Below are positions 1-9,799 of a DNA stretch of 64,000 bases, piece by piece. The notes beneath the pieces are model-generated. The model was not told the origin of the DNA. It did no database searches and worked only from the letters and a program-made list of their open reading frames with translations. Numbering within the stretch: the stretch's first letter is position 1; every line of letters begins with the position of its first letter. The DNA is from Myxococcota bacterium. Lineage in GTDB: Bacteria; Myxococcota_A; UBA9042; PHBI01; JAWLBL01. The position numbers and the translations under genes were made by a program. The stretch covers positions 15,693 through 79,692 of the forward strand of contig JAWLBL010000035.1 of NCBI GenBank assembly GCA_041687695.1, read 5' to 3'.

Positions 1-3000
1 GTCGGGGCGGGCCTCGGCGAGGCGCTCGAAGGCGGCGTTGGCGAGGTCGGGCCGCTTGGCGTCCAGGTAGCTGTGGGCCAGGACCAGGTCGAGGACCTGC
101 GCCTCGAGGCCCTTGGCGGCCTTGCGGGCGCGCTCGATCACGGCGCGGTGGGGGGCGGCGCCTTCGCCACGGGCCAGGTAGGTGGCGACGGCGAGGCGGA
201 CCCGGGCGTCGTCGGCGGCCTCGACCGGCCACAGGTGCGCCACGGGGTCGGCGGACAGCGGGTTGGCCGGGTCGGGGTCGGCCACGTGCCCGCGCAACCA
301 GCCCAGCCAGCGCCGGGCCGCCGCGGGGCGCTTGCGGTCGAGCTGACGGACGGCCTCGGCGGCGAGCGGGCGCAGGTCGTCGTTGGTGGTCAGGACGCGC
401 GCCTGACCGTCCTCGCGCACGACGTAGACGACCAGACCGTCCGCGTCGTCGTCCTCGGAGTAGACGCGCCAGCCGGTGTCGGCGTCGCCGTCGACCTTCA
501 GCGTGAGGGAGCTGGCGACGAGGTCGCCCAGGGCCTGCATGCTGAGCGGGACGCTGGACAGACGGCCGGCGTGCACGGCCGCGAGCTTGCGGCGGCGCCC
601 GGCGCTGGCGGCGAAGACGCCGCTTTGCGACTTGGCGAGCAGCGGGCGCCAGGTGGCCTCGTCCGGGAAGGGCTCGAACAGGGAGGCGTAGAAGAGGCGC
701 GCGGCGTGCTCGGGCTCGGTGACCTTGCCGACCGTCGAGGGCAGCCAGCGGCGGGCGCTGCGCATCGTAGTGAGGAAGCTGTCGTCGCCGCCGCGGCCCA
801 GCTTCTGCTGGGCGTCGAGCAGCTGGGCGGCCTCGGTGAAGCGCCCAGCGGTGGCCAGCCAGAGGGCGGCGCTGCCCAGGGTGTTCTGCCGGTCCTGCGG
901 GTTGCCGGCGAGGCGTGTCGCGAGGCGGGTGGCCGCCTCGGCGCCGTCGGCGGCGGCGACCGCGGCGACGCGCAGGGGGAAGCGCTCGCTGACCGTGGGC
1001 AGGCTGCGCGCGATGGGCTCGACCTCAGCGGCGCGCCCCGCCATGAACAGCGTCTCGAGCCAGGCGGTCTGGTGTTCGGCCTCCTGGCCGAGCTCGGCCG
1101 CGCGCTTCCAGTGCGTGAGCGCGGTCTCGAGGTCCGTGCCGGGGCCCCAGCGGGTGCCGCTGGCGTCGTGCTCGTGCGCGACCGCGACGCGCACATGGGC
1201 CAGCGCGTCCTCGGGGTCGAGCTGGACGACCTTCAGGAAGGCCGCCATGGCGCCCGGCCGGTCCCAGCCGCGCTCGAGCCAGCGACCGACCAAGTCGTGC
1301 CCCAGGGTCCAGCCCAGCGCGCGCCAGGCGTCGGCGTCCTCGGGCCGCTTGGCGACCAGCGCCTTGGCCTGCTCGCGCGCGGCCTCGCCCAGGCCGTAGC
1401 GCATCATGGTCTCGATGAGGAAGTTGCGGCTGGGCGCCTCGCTGGCCGGCAGCGTGACGAGGCGCTCGAGCACGTCGACCGCCTCACGCACCCGGCCGGC
1501 CGCCTCGTGGAGGGCCGCCTCGTGGTCGAAGGTCATGACGGCCGCGTTGGCCTTGTCGAAGCCCTGGATGCCCGCCCACAGGGCGCGCGCCTCGGCCGGG
1601 GTCAGGCGGCGCTGGTTCAAGGTGAAGGCGATGGTCGCCGAGACGGCGCCGTCCGGCTCGAGGGCGTAGCGCTCGGTCAGGCGCGCGGCGGGGCCGACGT
1701 CCCAGTCGCGCGGCTCGGGGACCGGGCGCGCCTTGTACCCGGGGGGCGGGACGATGCGGTAGCGGATCTCGCTGACGAAGGGGTGCTCGACCTGCACGTC
1801 GTGGGTGCGCTTGGCCCAGGCCTGGTCGGCGCGCTCGGGGACGCGCGTGCCCAGCGGCGCCGCCTGCGGGTGGGTGAGGATCTCGGGCAGCCCTCGATAG
1901 ACCCGCAGGTGACGCAGGGCGACGCTGGCCTCCCTCTGCGAGGTCCAGGCGACGCCGGCGTCGGCCACCTCGAGCGTGAGCGTCATCGGATCCTGGACCT
2001 GCTTGGGGTCCGTGAAGCGCAGGTCGGTCAGGCGGACGGCGTCGTAGGTCTCCTTGGCGTAGGACTCGAGGTGCGCGCGGAGGCGCTCGGCGTTGGCGGT
2101 CGCGTACTGACCGCGCAGGCCCAGGGCCGGGACGCCGGTGTACTCCGAGGCCTCGACGACGGCGGCCGGGCCGTCGGGCGACAGGCGCACCTCGCGCGTC
2201 TCGATGATGCGGTTGGCCTGCGCGGCGGCGACCGGGGTCTGGATCAGGCCCTTGGTGGTCGGGGCGGCGACCAGGACGAGGCGGCCCTGGTCCGAGGCGG
2301 GCAGCTGGCCGGCGGCGGCGGCCTCCCAGGTCGGGTCGACCCAGAGCGGCTCGGGGCCGGGGACGAAGACGATGGCGTGGTCGAACTGGTCGAGGCCGGG
2401 CAGGTCGTCACGCACCTCGCGGCTGTCGCCGACCCGGATGAGCGTGACGTGGGCGTCGACGCCGACCGCGCGCAGCAGGCCCACCAGCAGGGTCGCCTTG
2501 TCCTTGCAGTCGCCGTAGCGGCGGGCCAGCGTCTCGGCCGGCTTGCGCGGGACGATGGCGGCCTCGCCGAACTCGAGGCCCGTGTAGCGCACCTTGTCCT
2601 GCACGAGGGCCAGCAGCCGCGCGACCTTCTCGTCGCGGGTCGCGGCGCCGGCCACGGCCTCGGCCGCCATGGCGTCGAGCGCGTGCCCCTCGAGCTGCGC
2701 CTCGACGATGGCCGTGTACTCGGCGGCCACGTCGGCCCAGCCCTTCACGGTCGAGTAGGCGACCCTCGGCCAGCGAACGCTGTCCCAGGGCGTGTTCGGC
2801 TCGAAGACGCGCTCGGCGGCGACCCCTCGCATCTCGAACGTGGTGACGCGCCGGCCGTCCACGGTGGCGGTCTTCGGCTTGAGCTTCAGCGCGTCGAGGA
2901 CGAAGCGCGGCTTGACCTTGGGGTCGGCGGCGACGACGAAGCGCATGACGCGCACCGGGTCCTGCGAGGCGAAGTAGAAGGCGCCGGTGGCGCCGGAGCG

Positions 3001-3549
3001 TGAGAACGGACGGTGATCGCGCGTGACGACGAGGCTCTCGACGACCGCGCCCGGGGCGACGGCGGGGAGCGGGCCGAACAGGCGCTTGCGATCGGTCAGG
3101 ACGTCCGGCGAGTCGGCGCCGACGCCGGCCTCGGTGAGGGTCGCCGGGTCGAGGACGTGGGTGACGCCGTCCGGGGTCACGACGCGGGCGCGGACCTCGG
3201 CGCGCTCCTGGAACCAGGGCGCCCAGTAGCCGCCGATGGTGGCCGAGCCCTGGACCCCGGCGGGCGTCAGGACGCGGCTGATGGTGTGCCAGGCGTGGGT
3301 CTCGCGGCCGTCGGCCTCGAGGGTGACGGTGAGCTGGAAGAGGAGGATCTCGGTGTCAACGCCTTCGAGGGCCGCGGGGTCGGGCGCGGCGGCGGCGACC
3401 TCGAGCAGGCGGGCCGGGTCGACCGACAGCGGCGGCGCGGTGTGCCAGTCCGGCGGCGCGGCGGACGCAGGGCCCGTCAGGGCGAGCAGCGCCAGGGCGG
3501 CGAACAGCGCGTGATGGATCGTGGAGACAATGGCGACGCGGCGAGACAT
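1..3549 (-). CDS. DUF3857 + transglutaminase-like domain protein with TPR-like C-terminal region (partial, runs off the window start)
   Basis: Not in the ORF track. Manual minus-strand translation from ATG 3549: signal peptide MSRRVAIVSTIHHALFAALALLALTGPASA, DUF3857-like RARVVTPDG...LPAVAPGAVVE, transglutaminase motifs RYGDCKDKATLL (~2490-2520) and FDHAIVFV (~2365-2390), Ala-rich helical repeats toward base 1. Confidence 0.85.
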   Translation of the reverse strand, partial: MSRRVAIVSTIHHALFAALALLALTGPASAAPPDWHTAPPLSVDPARLLEVAAAAPDPAALEGVDTEILLFQLTVTLEADGRETHAWHTISRVLTPAGVQGSATIGGYWAPWFQERAEVRARVVTPDGVTHVLDPATLTEAGVGADSPDVLTDRKRLFGPLPAVAPGAVVESLVVTRDHRPFSRSGATGAFYFASQDPVRVMRFVVAADPKVKPRFVLDALKLKPKTATVDGRRVTTFEMRGVAAERVFEPNTPWDSVRWPRVAYSTVKGWADVAAEYTAIVEAQLEGHALDAMAAEAVAGAATRDEKVARLLALVQDKVRYTGLEFGEAAIVPRKPAETLARRYGDCKDKATLLVGLLRAVGVDAHVTLIRVGDSREVRDDLPGLDQFDHAIVFVPGPEPLWVDPTWEAAAAGQLPASDQGRLVLVAAPTTKGLIQTPVAAAQANRIIETREVRLSPDGPAAVVEASEYTGVPALGLRGQYATANAERLRAHLESYAKETYDAVRLTDLRFTDPKQVQDPMTLTLEVADAGVAWTSQREASVALRHLRVYRGLPEILTHPQAAPLGTRVPERADQAWAKRTHDVQVEHPFVSEIRYRIVPPPGYKARPVPEPRDWDVGPAARLTERYALEPDGAVSATIAFTLNQRRLTPAEARALWAGIQGFDKANAAVMTFDHEAALHEAAGRVREAVDVLERLVTLPASEAPSRNFLIETMMRYGLGEAAREQAKALVAKRPEDADAWRALGWTLGHDLVGRWLERGWDRPGAMAAFLKVVQLDPEDALAHVRVAVAHEHDASGTRWGPGTDLETALTHWKRAAELGQEAEHQTAWLETLFMAGRAAEVEPIARSLPTVSERFPLRVAAVAAADGAEAATRLATRLAGNPQDRQNTLGSAALWLATAGRFTEAAQLLDAQQKLGRGGDDSFLTTMRSARRWLPSTVGKVTEPEHAARLFYASLFEPFPDEATWRPLLAKSQSGVFAASAGRRRKLAAVHAGRLSSVPLSMQALGDLVASSLTLKVDGDADTGWRVYSEDDDADGLVVYVVREDGQARVLTTNDDLRPLAAEAVRQLDRKRPAAARRWLGWLRGHVADPDPANPLSADPVAHLWPVEAADDARVRLAVATYLARGEGAAPHRAVIERARKAAKGLEAQVLDLVLAHSYLDAKRPDLANAAFERLAEARPD

Positions 3550-3728
3550 GTGAACCCCCCCAGGCGAGCCGTCCTAGCATGAAGGCGCGAGCCGGCGCCA
3601 CAGTGCGGGGCGTTCGCGGGGGCCGGCTGACACGGCCGGCCGGGCGGGGCGCCGAGCGTGTAGAGGAATGCCACACGGGCGGTCGTGCCGGGCGCGGAGG
3701 GGCCGCGCAGTGGCTGGAGGGGCGCGGC

Positions 3729-3744
3729 TGGCACGCGACGTGAA
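3729..3744 (+). promoter_or_regulatory. imperfect sigma54 (-24/-12) promoter
   Basis: TGGCACGCGACGTGAA: GG-N10-GA instead of GC, ~35 bp upstream of the hydrolase start. Confidence 0.4.
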
Positions 3745-3776
3745 ACGGGCCGGGACGCACCCCGAGGACGAGGAGG

Positions 3777-4625
3777 ATGACGATGGCGTGGCTACAGCAC
3801 GAGGGCGCGCGGCTCTGGTTCGAGACGGCGGGCGACCGGGGCACGCGGGTGCTGCTGATCATGGGGTTCGCGGTGCCCGGGCGGGTCTGGGAGCCGCAGG
3901 TCGAGGCGCTGAGCCGGCATCACCGGGTCGTGTGGTACGACAACCGCGGGTCGGGCGCGACGCGGGCGCGGGCGGGGCTGTACTCGATGACGCAGCTGGC
4001 GCGCGACGCGCGGGCGCTGATGGATCACCTGGGCTGGCGCGACGCGCACGTGGTCGGGGCGTCGATGGGCGGGATGATCGCGCAGGAGCTGGCGCTGGGC
4101 GCGCGCGAGCGGGTGCGGACGCTGGCGCTGGTGGCGACGCACGCGGGCGGCGGGCTGCGGACCCTGGTGCCGAGCCGGCGGGGGCTGGGGGCGCTGGCGC
4201 GGGCGAGCGTGGGCCCGCTGGAGCAGCGCGTGGCCGGGTGGCGACGGCTGATGTTCCCCGAAGCGTACCTGGCCGAGTGCGACCGCGAGGCGGTGGACGC
4301 GGGGCTGGCCCGGGACTTCGGGCCGATGCCCAAGGCGTCGCTGCGGCTGTCGCAGATCGCGGCCATGGTGGGGCACGACACGCGGCGGCGGCTGGCGCGG
4401 CTGGAGGGGCTGCCGACGCTGGTGGTGCAGCCGGACCAGGATCTGCTCATCGCGCCCGAGCGGTGCGCGGCGCTGACGGCGCTGATTCCGGGCGCGCGGG
4501 GCGTCGTGGTGCGGGGCGCTGGGCACGCGGTGACCGGGCAGTGCGCCGATCAGGTCAACGCGATGCTGCTGGAGCACTTCCGGGCGGTCGACGCGACGCC
4601 CGTGCGGGCGGTCAGCGCGGCTTGA
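3777..4625 (+). CDS. alpha/beta fold hydrolase
   Basis: DNRGSG, nucleophile elbow GASMGG, C-terminal D-x-L-I and GAGH; RBS GAGGAGG upstream. Confidence 0.92.
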   Translation: MTMAWLQHEGARLWFETAGDRGTRVLLIMGFAVPGRVWEPQVEALSRHHRVVWYDNRGSGATRARAGLYSMTQLARDARALMDHLGWRDAHVVGASMGGMIAQELALGARERVRTLALVATHAGGGLRTLVPSRRGLGALARASVGPLEQRVAGWRRLMFPEAYLAECDREAVDAGLARDFGPMPKASLRLSQIAAMVGHDTRRRLARLEGLPTLVVQPDQDLLIAPERCAALTALIPGARGVVVRGAGHAVTGQCADQVNAMLLEHFRAVDATPVRAVSAA

Positions 4626-5559
4626 GGCGCTGGGCCGCGGCGCGGCGAGAGGCGACGACCAGGACGACGGCGGCGACGATGAGGGCGGCGGCGAGGGCGG
4701 TCCGCGGGGCGAGGGCCTCGCCGAGGACCACCCAGCCGAGGAGCACGGCGACCACCGGGTTGACGAAGGCGTAGGTGGCGACGGCGGCGGCCGAGGCGTT
4801 GCGGGCGAGCCAGACGAAGGCGCTGAAGGCGACGATGGAGCCGAAGACGGTGAGGTAGGCGACGGCGAGGACCGAGGAGGCGCTGACGGCGGCGAGGTCG
4901 AGGCGGGCCCACTCGCCGGTGGCCGAGCCGAGCAGGGCGAGGAGGGCGCCGCCGGCGAGCATCTGGAGGGCGGAGGACATCAGGGGCGAGGGCGGCAGGG
5001 CGGCGCGGCGGGCGTAGAGGGTGCCGAGGGCCCAGGAGGCGGCGGAGACGACGAGGACGAGCAGGCCGAGCCAGGAGGCGGAGGTGGGGGTGGCGCCGGG
5101 GGCGACGAGGACGGCGACGCCGGACAGGCCGAGGGCGAGGGCGGTGAGGACGAGGCCGCTCGGGCGGGGGCCGCGGAAGAGGAGCCAGTCGAAGAGGACG
5201 ACCCAGAGGCTGACGGTGGCGATGAGGAGGGCGGCGAGGCCGGTGGAGACGGTCTGCTCGGCCCAGGTGACGAGGCCGTTGCCGCCGAGCATGAGGAGGG
5301 CGCCGGCGAGGGTGGCGGCGCGCCAGGCGGCGGCGGGCGGGGCGGGGGCGCCGCGGAGGCGGGCGACGCCGTAGAGGAGGGCGCCGGCGGCGAGGAAGCG
5401 GACGCCGGCGAGGAGGAAGGGCGGGAGGGTCTCGAGGGCGATGGCGATGCCGAGGTAGGTCGAGCCCCAGATGAGGTAGATGGCCGCGAAGGCGGCGACG
5501 AACCAGGCGGTGCGGGGGGCGACGGGGGCGGCGGGCGCGGTGGGGAGGGCGAGGGACAC
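4612..5559 (-). CDS. EamA/DMT family (YedA-like) transporter
   Basis: IYLIWGSTYLGI, YAFVNPVVAVLLG, ~10 hydrophobic segments; GTG start at 5559 is inferred. Confidence 0.9.
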   Translation of the reverse strand: MSLALPTAPAAPVAPRTAWFVAAFAAIYLIWGSTYLGIAIALETLPPFLLAGVRFLAAGALLYGVARLRGAPAPPAAAWRAATLAGALLMLGGNGLVTWAEQTVSTGLAALLIATVSLWVVLFDWLLFRGPRPSGLVLTALALGLSGVAVLVAPGATPTSASWLGLLVLVVSAASWALGTLYARRAALPPSPLMSSALQMLAGGALLALLGSATGEWARLDLAAVSASSVLAVAYLTVFGSIVAFSAFVWLARNASAAAVATYAFVNPVVAVLLGWVVLGEALAPRTALAAALIVAAVVLVVASRRAAAQRLKPR

Positions 5560-5639
5560 GGGGGGCTCCGGGGTGCGAGCGGGTGCTGGCGGCGCTCGGG
5601 GCCGGCGGCAGCATGGGGAGCATGCGCCTGGGACGCGAA

Positions 5640-5732
5640 CCGTGACAGATGCAGGTGATTCGAATTGTTTCGGGTACAGTTCGGCAGGGGCGGACTGTGC
5701 TGGTCGCGCGGGTGGGCGACTGTGTCTGTCGG
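5640..5732. promoter_or_regulatory. divergent intergenic region with ACAG/CTGT repeats, likely MocR-family operator
   Basis: GACAG, GTACAGTT, ACTGTGC, ACTGTGTCTGTC between the divergent EamA and MocR genes. Confidence 0.45.
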
Positions 5733-5773
5733 CGAGGGGCGCCTCGGGGCAAGGTCGGGGCGTGGAGGGAGCG

Positions 5774-7204
5774 ATGGACGAGGCGGCGGGGAGCGGGACG
5801 CTGTACGAGGAGGTGGCGGGGCGCATCGAGCAGCTCATCGCGCAGGGGACGCTGCGGCCAGGCGAGCGGATCCCGTCGATCCGGCGGCTGCATCGGCAGT
5901 GGGGCGTCAGCGTGTCGACGGTGCTGGAGGCGTATCGGCGGCTGGAGGACCGCGGGTGGGTGGAGGCGCGGCCGCAGTCGGGGTACTACGTCAAGGCGCG
6001 GCCGGGGCCGAGGCTGCCCGAGCCGGGGGTGAGCGCGCCGCCGCGGGAGCCGTGCCGGGTCGACATGAGCACGCTGGGGCAGCGGCTGGTGTCGGTGGTC
6101 GGGGTGGCGGACTTCGTGAAGCTGTGCGCGGCCGTGCCGGACGCGAAGCTGCTGCCGACCAAGGCGCTGGGGCGCCTGACGGCCGAGGTGTCGCGTCGAG
6201 TGCGGGACGCGCACGACTACGCGATGACGCCGGGGCGGTGCGAGCTGCGGCGGGCGTTGGCGGCGCGGATGGTGGACGCCGGGTGCACGCTGGGGGCGGA
6301 CGAGCTCGTGGTGACGAGCGGCGCGCAGGAGGCGGTGTGGCTGGCGCTGGCGACGGTGACGCGGCCTGGGGACGCGGTGGCCGTGCCGGCGCCGACGTAC
6401 TTCGGGACGTTGGAGGCGCTGCAGGCGCAGGGGCTGAGGGCGCTGGAGATCCCGACCGACCCGCGCGAGGGGATGGACCTCGAGGCGCTCGAGCGGGTGA
6501 TGGCGGCGGGCGCGGTGCGGGCGGTGGCGCTGGTGGCGAACTTCGGCAACCCGCTGGGCACGCTGATGAGCGACGCGCGCAAGGAGGCCCTGTGCGCGAT
6601 GGCGGCGCGCTGGGACGTGGCGGTCGTCGAGGACGACATCTACGGGGAGCTGCCCTTCGAGGGCGGGCGCCCCAAGGCGCTCAAGGCCTTCGACGCCGAG
6701 GGGCGCGTCGTGTACTGCGCATCGGTGTCGAAGACGCTGTCACCCGGGTTACGCATCGGCTGGGCGGCGCCGGGGCGCTACCTGGAGCGGTTCACGCGGC
6801 TCAAGCGGGTGTCGAGCCTGGGCTCGCCGACCGTGCCGCAGCTGGTCGTGGCCGAGTACCTGGCGTCGGGGGCGTTCGACCGGCACCTGCGGCGGCTGCG
6901 GACGGTGTACCGGGATCACGTGCAGCGGATGATCTGGGCGCTCGGGCAGCACATGCCGCCGGGCACGCGGGTGACGCGGCCGCAGGGCGGCCACGTGGTG
7001 TGGGTCGAGATGCCCGAGCGGGTCGACTCGGTGCGGCTGTTCGACGAGGCGTGGGCGGCCGGGGTCAGCATGGCGCCCGGGCCGATGTTCTCGGCGTCGG
7101 GGCGGTTCCAGCACTGCATGCGGCTGAACGCGGCTGCTTGGTCGCCGGCCGTCGAGGACGCCATCGCGCGGCTGGGCGGGCTGGTGGCGGCGCAGCTGCG
7201 CTGA
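5774..7204 (+). CDS. GntR/MocR family PLP-dependent transcriptional regulator
   Basis: N-terminal wHTH (PSIRRL...VSVSTVLEAYRRLE...PQSGYYV) plus aminotransferase domain (EDDIYGEL, SVSKTLSPGLRIGW). Confidence 0.95.
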   Translation: MDEAAGSGTLYEEVAGRIEQLIAQGTLRPGERIPSIRRLHRQWGVSVSTVLEAYRRLEDRGWVEARPQSGYYVKARPGPRLPEPGVSAPPREPCRVDMSTLGQRLVSVVGVADFVKLCAAVPDAKLLPTKALGRLTAEVSRRVRDAHDYAMTPGRCELRRALAARMVDAGCTLGADELVVTSGAQEAVWLALATVTRPGDAVAVPAPTYFGTLEALQAQGLRALEIPTDPREGMDLEALERVMAAGAVRAVALVANFGNPLGTLMSDARKEALCAMAARWDVAVVEDDIYGELPFEGGRPKALKAFDAEGRVVYCASVSKTLSPGLRIGWAAPGRYLERFTRLKRVSSLGSPTVPQLVVAEYLASGAFDRHLRRLRTVYRDHVQRMIWALGQHMPPGTRVTRPQGGHVVWVEMPERVDSVRLFDEAWAAGVSMAPGPMFSASGRFQHCMRLNAAAWSPAVEDAIARLGGLVAAQLR

Positions 7205-7320
7205 GATCGTTCGTCAGACGAGGGGCGGCCCCTCGACCCTGACACGGATGCCGCACCCGAAAGGCTGGCGCGGCCCGACGCTGGACCGAGCGGCGCGCGA
7301 CACCGGGCCCCTGCCCGCGC

Positions 7321-7336
7321 TGGCACGCCGCGTGCT
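7321..7336 (+). promoter_or_regulatory. sigma54 (-24/-12) promoter
   Basis: TGGCACGCCGCGTGCT, GG-N10-GC, ~65 bp upstream of ATG 7402. Confidence 0.7.
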
Positions 7337-7401
7337 AAGGTCATCGGGCGTGGGCCGGCGCCGTGGGAGGCGCCGCCGCGCCACCGCCCTCGGGAGGACC
7401 G

Positions 7402-8409
7402 ATGAACCGCCTGTGGAAGCTGCTCGCCCTCGCCGTGGTGACCTGCACGGCCCTGGCCGCCGCGCCTGCCGCGCACGCCGCCGAGGTCTGGGTCGTGCAC
7501 CGACTGGGAACGCAAGGCGTCGACGAGGCGACGGCCGCCACCTTCCGGGATCTGCTCATCGCCGAGCTGGGCGAGCGGGTGGCCGCCACCTTCGCGCAGG
7601 CCGACGCCGTGTGCGACGGCTCGGAGTGCGCGCGCGTCACGGCCGAGCAGCTGGGCGCGGACGTGGCGGTCTTCGGCACCGTGTCCGCCCTGGGCCGAAA
7701 GATCCTGGTCAACCTGTACGTCGTCGACGCTCACGACGGGTCGACCCTGTCGCGACACAAGATGGACGTGGACCGGGTCGAGGATCTGGACACCGTCGCG
7801 CTGCGCGTGGCCAAGGCCATCGCCGGCGGCCGGCACGTCTCCGAGACCGCCGAGCTGGGCGCCATCACCCATCGCGAGGTGCAGCCGGATCTGCGCCGCG
7901 AGGGCGCGCGCGGGCTGGGCCTGTACCTGGGCGGGGTCGTGCCGGTGTCCGAGGCCTTCCAGGGCGGCGGACCCGGCGTGCTCATCGACGGCAGCTACTG
8001 GTTCGAGACGACCGACTTCGCCATCGAGCCGCGCATCGGCCTGCGCTTCAACACCAACGGGCTCGACGACGCCTCCGACTGGATCGAGATCCCGGTCGAC
8101 GTCGGGGTCTACTACATCCTGGGGCGTGGCGACCTCGCGCCCTTCTTCGGGGGCGGCGCCGGGCTGCGCTTCGCCTGGGCGGACGAGTCGCGCACGCTCA
8201 CCCAGGGCGACGTCATCAAGACCACCCACACGGCCGAGATCGAAGACGGCGGCGTCGGGTTCGGCGTCTTCGGCCGCGCTGGCCTGATGCTGCTGCGCAC
8301 CTACGCGATGCGTATGTCCATCAGCGTCGAGTACAACGCGATCCTCCGTGACTTCCTGGATCGCGGCGTGCCCCAGCAGCTCAACTTCGCCCTCGGCGTC
8401 TACTTCTGA
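7402..8409 (+). CDS. secreted protein with putative C-terminal outer-membrane beta-barrel
   Basis: Signal peptide MNRLWKLLALAVV...AHA, alternating aromatic beta-strands, terminal LGVYF; RBS GGAGGA. Confidence 0.7.
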   Translation: MNRLWKLLALAVVTCTALAAAPAAHAAEVWVVHRLGTQGVDEATAATFRDLLIAELGERVAATFAQADAVCDGSECARVTAEQLGADVAVFGTVSALGRKILVNLYVVDAHDGSTLSRHKMDVDRVEDLDTVALRVAKAIAGGRHVSETAELGAITHREVQPDLRREGARGLGLYLGGVVPVSEAFQGGGPGVLIDGSYWFETTDFAIEPRIGLRFNTNGLDDASDWIEIPVDVGVYYILGRGDLAPFFGGGAGLRFAWADESRTLTQGDVIKTTHTAEIEDGGVGFGVFGRAGLMLLRTYAMRMSISVEYNAILRDFLDRGVPQQLNFALGVYF

Positions 8410-8429
8410 TCGCGCCCCGGAGGACCGCC

Positions 8430-8912
8430 GTGACGATCTCGACCCGACTCGCCGCCCTGCTGGTCGCGCTGGGCGCTCCCCTGCCGGCCTGCGACCTCGA
8501 CTCCGACTGGCCCTTCGACCGCGCGTGCGCCGCTTCGGTCGTGCCCATGTCGCTGCAGGGTGCCTGGACCGTTCACGGCGACGGCAAACGCACCTCGTGC
8601 GACGACGCCACGCTGAACGCCTCGGAGCTAGCCCTGACGGTCGGCCCCCTCGACATCGTCCAGTCGGGCTCGACCCTGACGCTCGCCGAGCCCCTGTCCC
8701 TGCCGCCCGGCGTGTCGTTCACCTTCGACGGCGCGCGCGTCGACGGCTCGTGCGTCACCTTCACGACGACGGAGACGTCGGCCCACGGGGACGTGGTGCG
8801 CGTGACATTCGACGGGACGCGCGACGGCAGCCGCCTGAGCGGCACGTTCACCGGGTTCGGCCCGGGCACGTGCCGGCTCGAGGGCGACTTCAGCGTCGAC
8901 GTCCGGCGCTGA
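8430..8912 (+). CDS. hypothetical lipoprotein
   Basis: Hydrophobic leader ending LPAC; RBS GGAGGA; beta-rich body. Confidence 0.7.
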   Translation: MTISTRLAALLVALGAPLPACDLDSDWPFDRACAASVVPMSLQGAWTVHGDGKRTSCDDATLNASELALTVGPLDIVQSGSTLTLAEPLSLPPGVSFTFDGARVDGSCVTFTTTETSAHGDVVRVTFDGTRDGSRLSGTFTGFGPGTCRLEGDFSVDVRR

Positions 8913-8960
8913 GTCTCCGGACGCGGGCGCGCTCGCGACGAGGCGCCCGCCCGGATCGGA

Positions 8961-9377
8961 CTACTGCTGCGGGTTGAAGCCGCGGATCTTTTCGACCAGC
9001 GCCTGGACGACCGCGGGCTTGTCCTTCAGATCCGGGTTGCCCGGCATCAGCGGCGACAGGCCGACCGCCGCGCCGCCCTCGACGATGACCTTGCGCAGGT
9101 GATCGTCGGTCACGCTCTTCTGCCACTCGGCGTCCGCGTACGAGCGCGGCTTCGGGTCGAGGCTGGCCGCGGCCGGGCCGTCGCCCTTGCCCGACTCGCC
9201 GTGGCAGCTGACGCACAGCGTGGTCCACTTCTGGTCGGCCTCGGCCTTGGCCTTGGCGTCGACCTGAACGGCCGCCTGCTGCCCACCGGCGGCCCCGCCG
9301 CCGTCGTCCTTCTTGCACGCGCCCAGCCCGAAGGTCAGCGCCAGCCCCAGCCCGAGCGTCATCATCGCCTTGCGCAT
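8961..9377 (-). CDS. monoheme c-type cytochrome lipoprotein
   Basis: Lipobox LGAC, heme motif CVSCH, GDGPAAASLDPKP, distal Met (LMP). Confidence 0.92.
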   Translation of the reverse strand: MRKAMMTLGLGLALTFGLGACKKDDGGGAAGGQQAAVQVDAKAKAEADQKWTTLCVSCHGESGKGDGPAAASLDPKPRSYADAEWQKSVTDDHLRKVIVEGGAAVGLSPLMPGNPDLKDKPAVVQALVEKIRGFNPQQ

Positions 9378-9654
9378 CGCGTCCTCCTGAGTCCAAACCG
9401 TCGCGATCGAGTGGCGCCAGTTTCACCATGCGCCGCCACATCGCAAGCTCTTGGACGCAGCGCAGGGCATTTTGACGCGCCTGGCGTCATGCCCGCCGCG
9501 GCGGCTCCGCGTACGCAGTGTCGAAAGGCACCGGACCTCGCCATCATGGCCCCGGCTCGCCAGGTCACCTGTCGCGGAGTGGTGTCGGGGAGTCACCCTC
9601 CTGCGTGGGCCCTACCGGGATGTGGGTCGGAGCGCGATGCCTCTCGCGGGAACG

Positions 9655-9772
9655 ACCGCCGCGCGGCGAAAAAGGGGGGCGCCGCGCGGCGTGCAGACGG
9701 CTCGGGGGAGAGGCCGCCTGCGCTCGGAACATGTTGTCAGGCGGCCGGGAGGCGCCGCCGTCCAGGGAGTGG
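9655..9772 (-). ncRNA. candidate sigma54-dependent small RNA with three C/U-rich-loop hairpins (Pxr-like architecture)
   Basis: Directly downstream of a sigma54 promoter; minus-strand hairpins GGCGGC-GCCUCCCG-GCCGCC, GCAGGCGGC-CUCUCCCCCGA-GCCGUCUGC, GCCGCGCGGCG-CCCCCCUUUUU-CGCCGCGCGGC; no credible ORF. Confidence 0.55.
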
Positions 9773-9782
9773 TCCCAGGTTT

Positions 9783-9799
9783 AGCACGGGCCGTGCCAA
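9783..9799 (-). promoter_or_regulatory. sigma54 (-24/-12) promoter
   Basis: Minus strand TTGGCACGGCCCGTGCT, GG-N10-GC. Confidence 0.75.

Noticed and set aside
73..3003. 976 aa plus-strand ORF
   Set aside because: Antisense shadow of the minus-strand transglutaminase-domain gene; no motifs, typical high-GC artefact.
9518..9531. GTGTC-GAAA-GGCAC hairpin as a cyclic di-GMP riboswitch
   Set aside because: The rest of the aptamer consensus is absent and it is on the wrong strand for the adjacent cytochrome c gene; it fits a DNA-binding box better.
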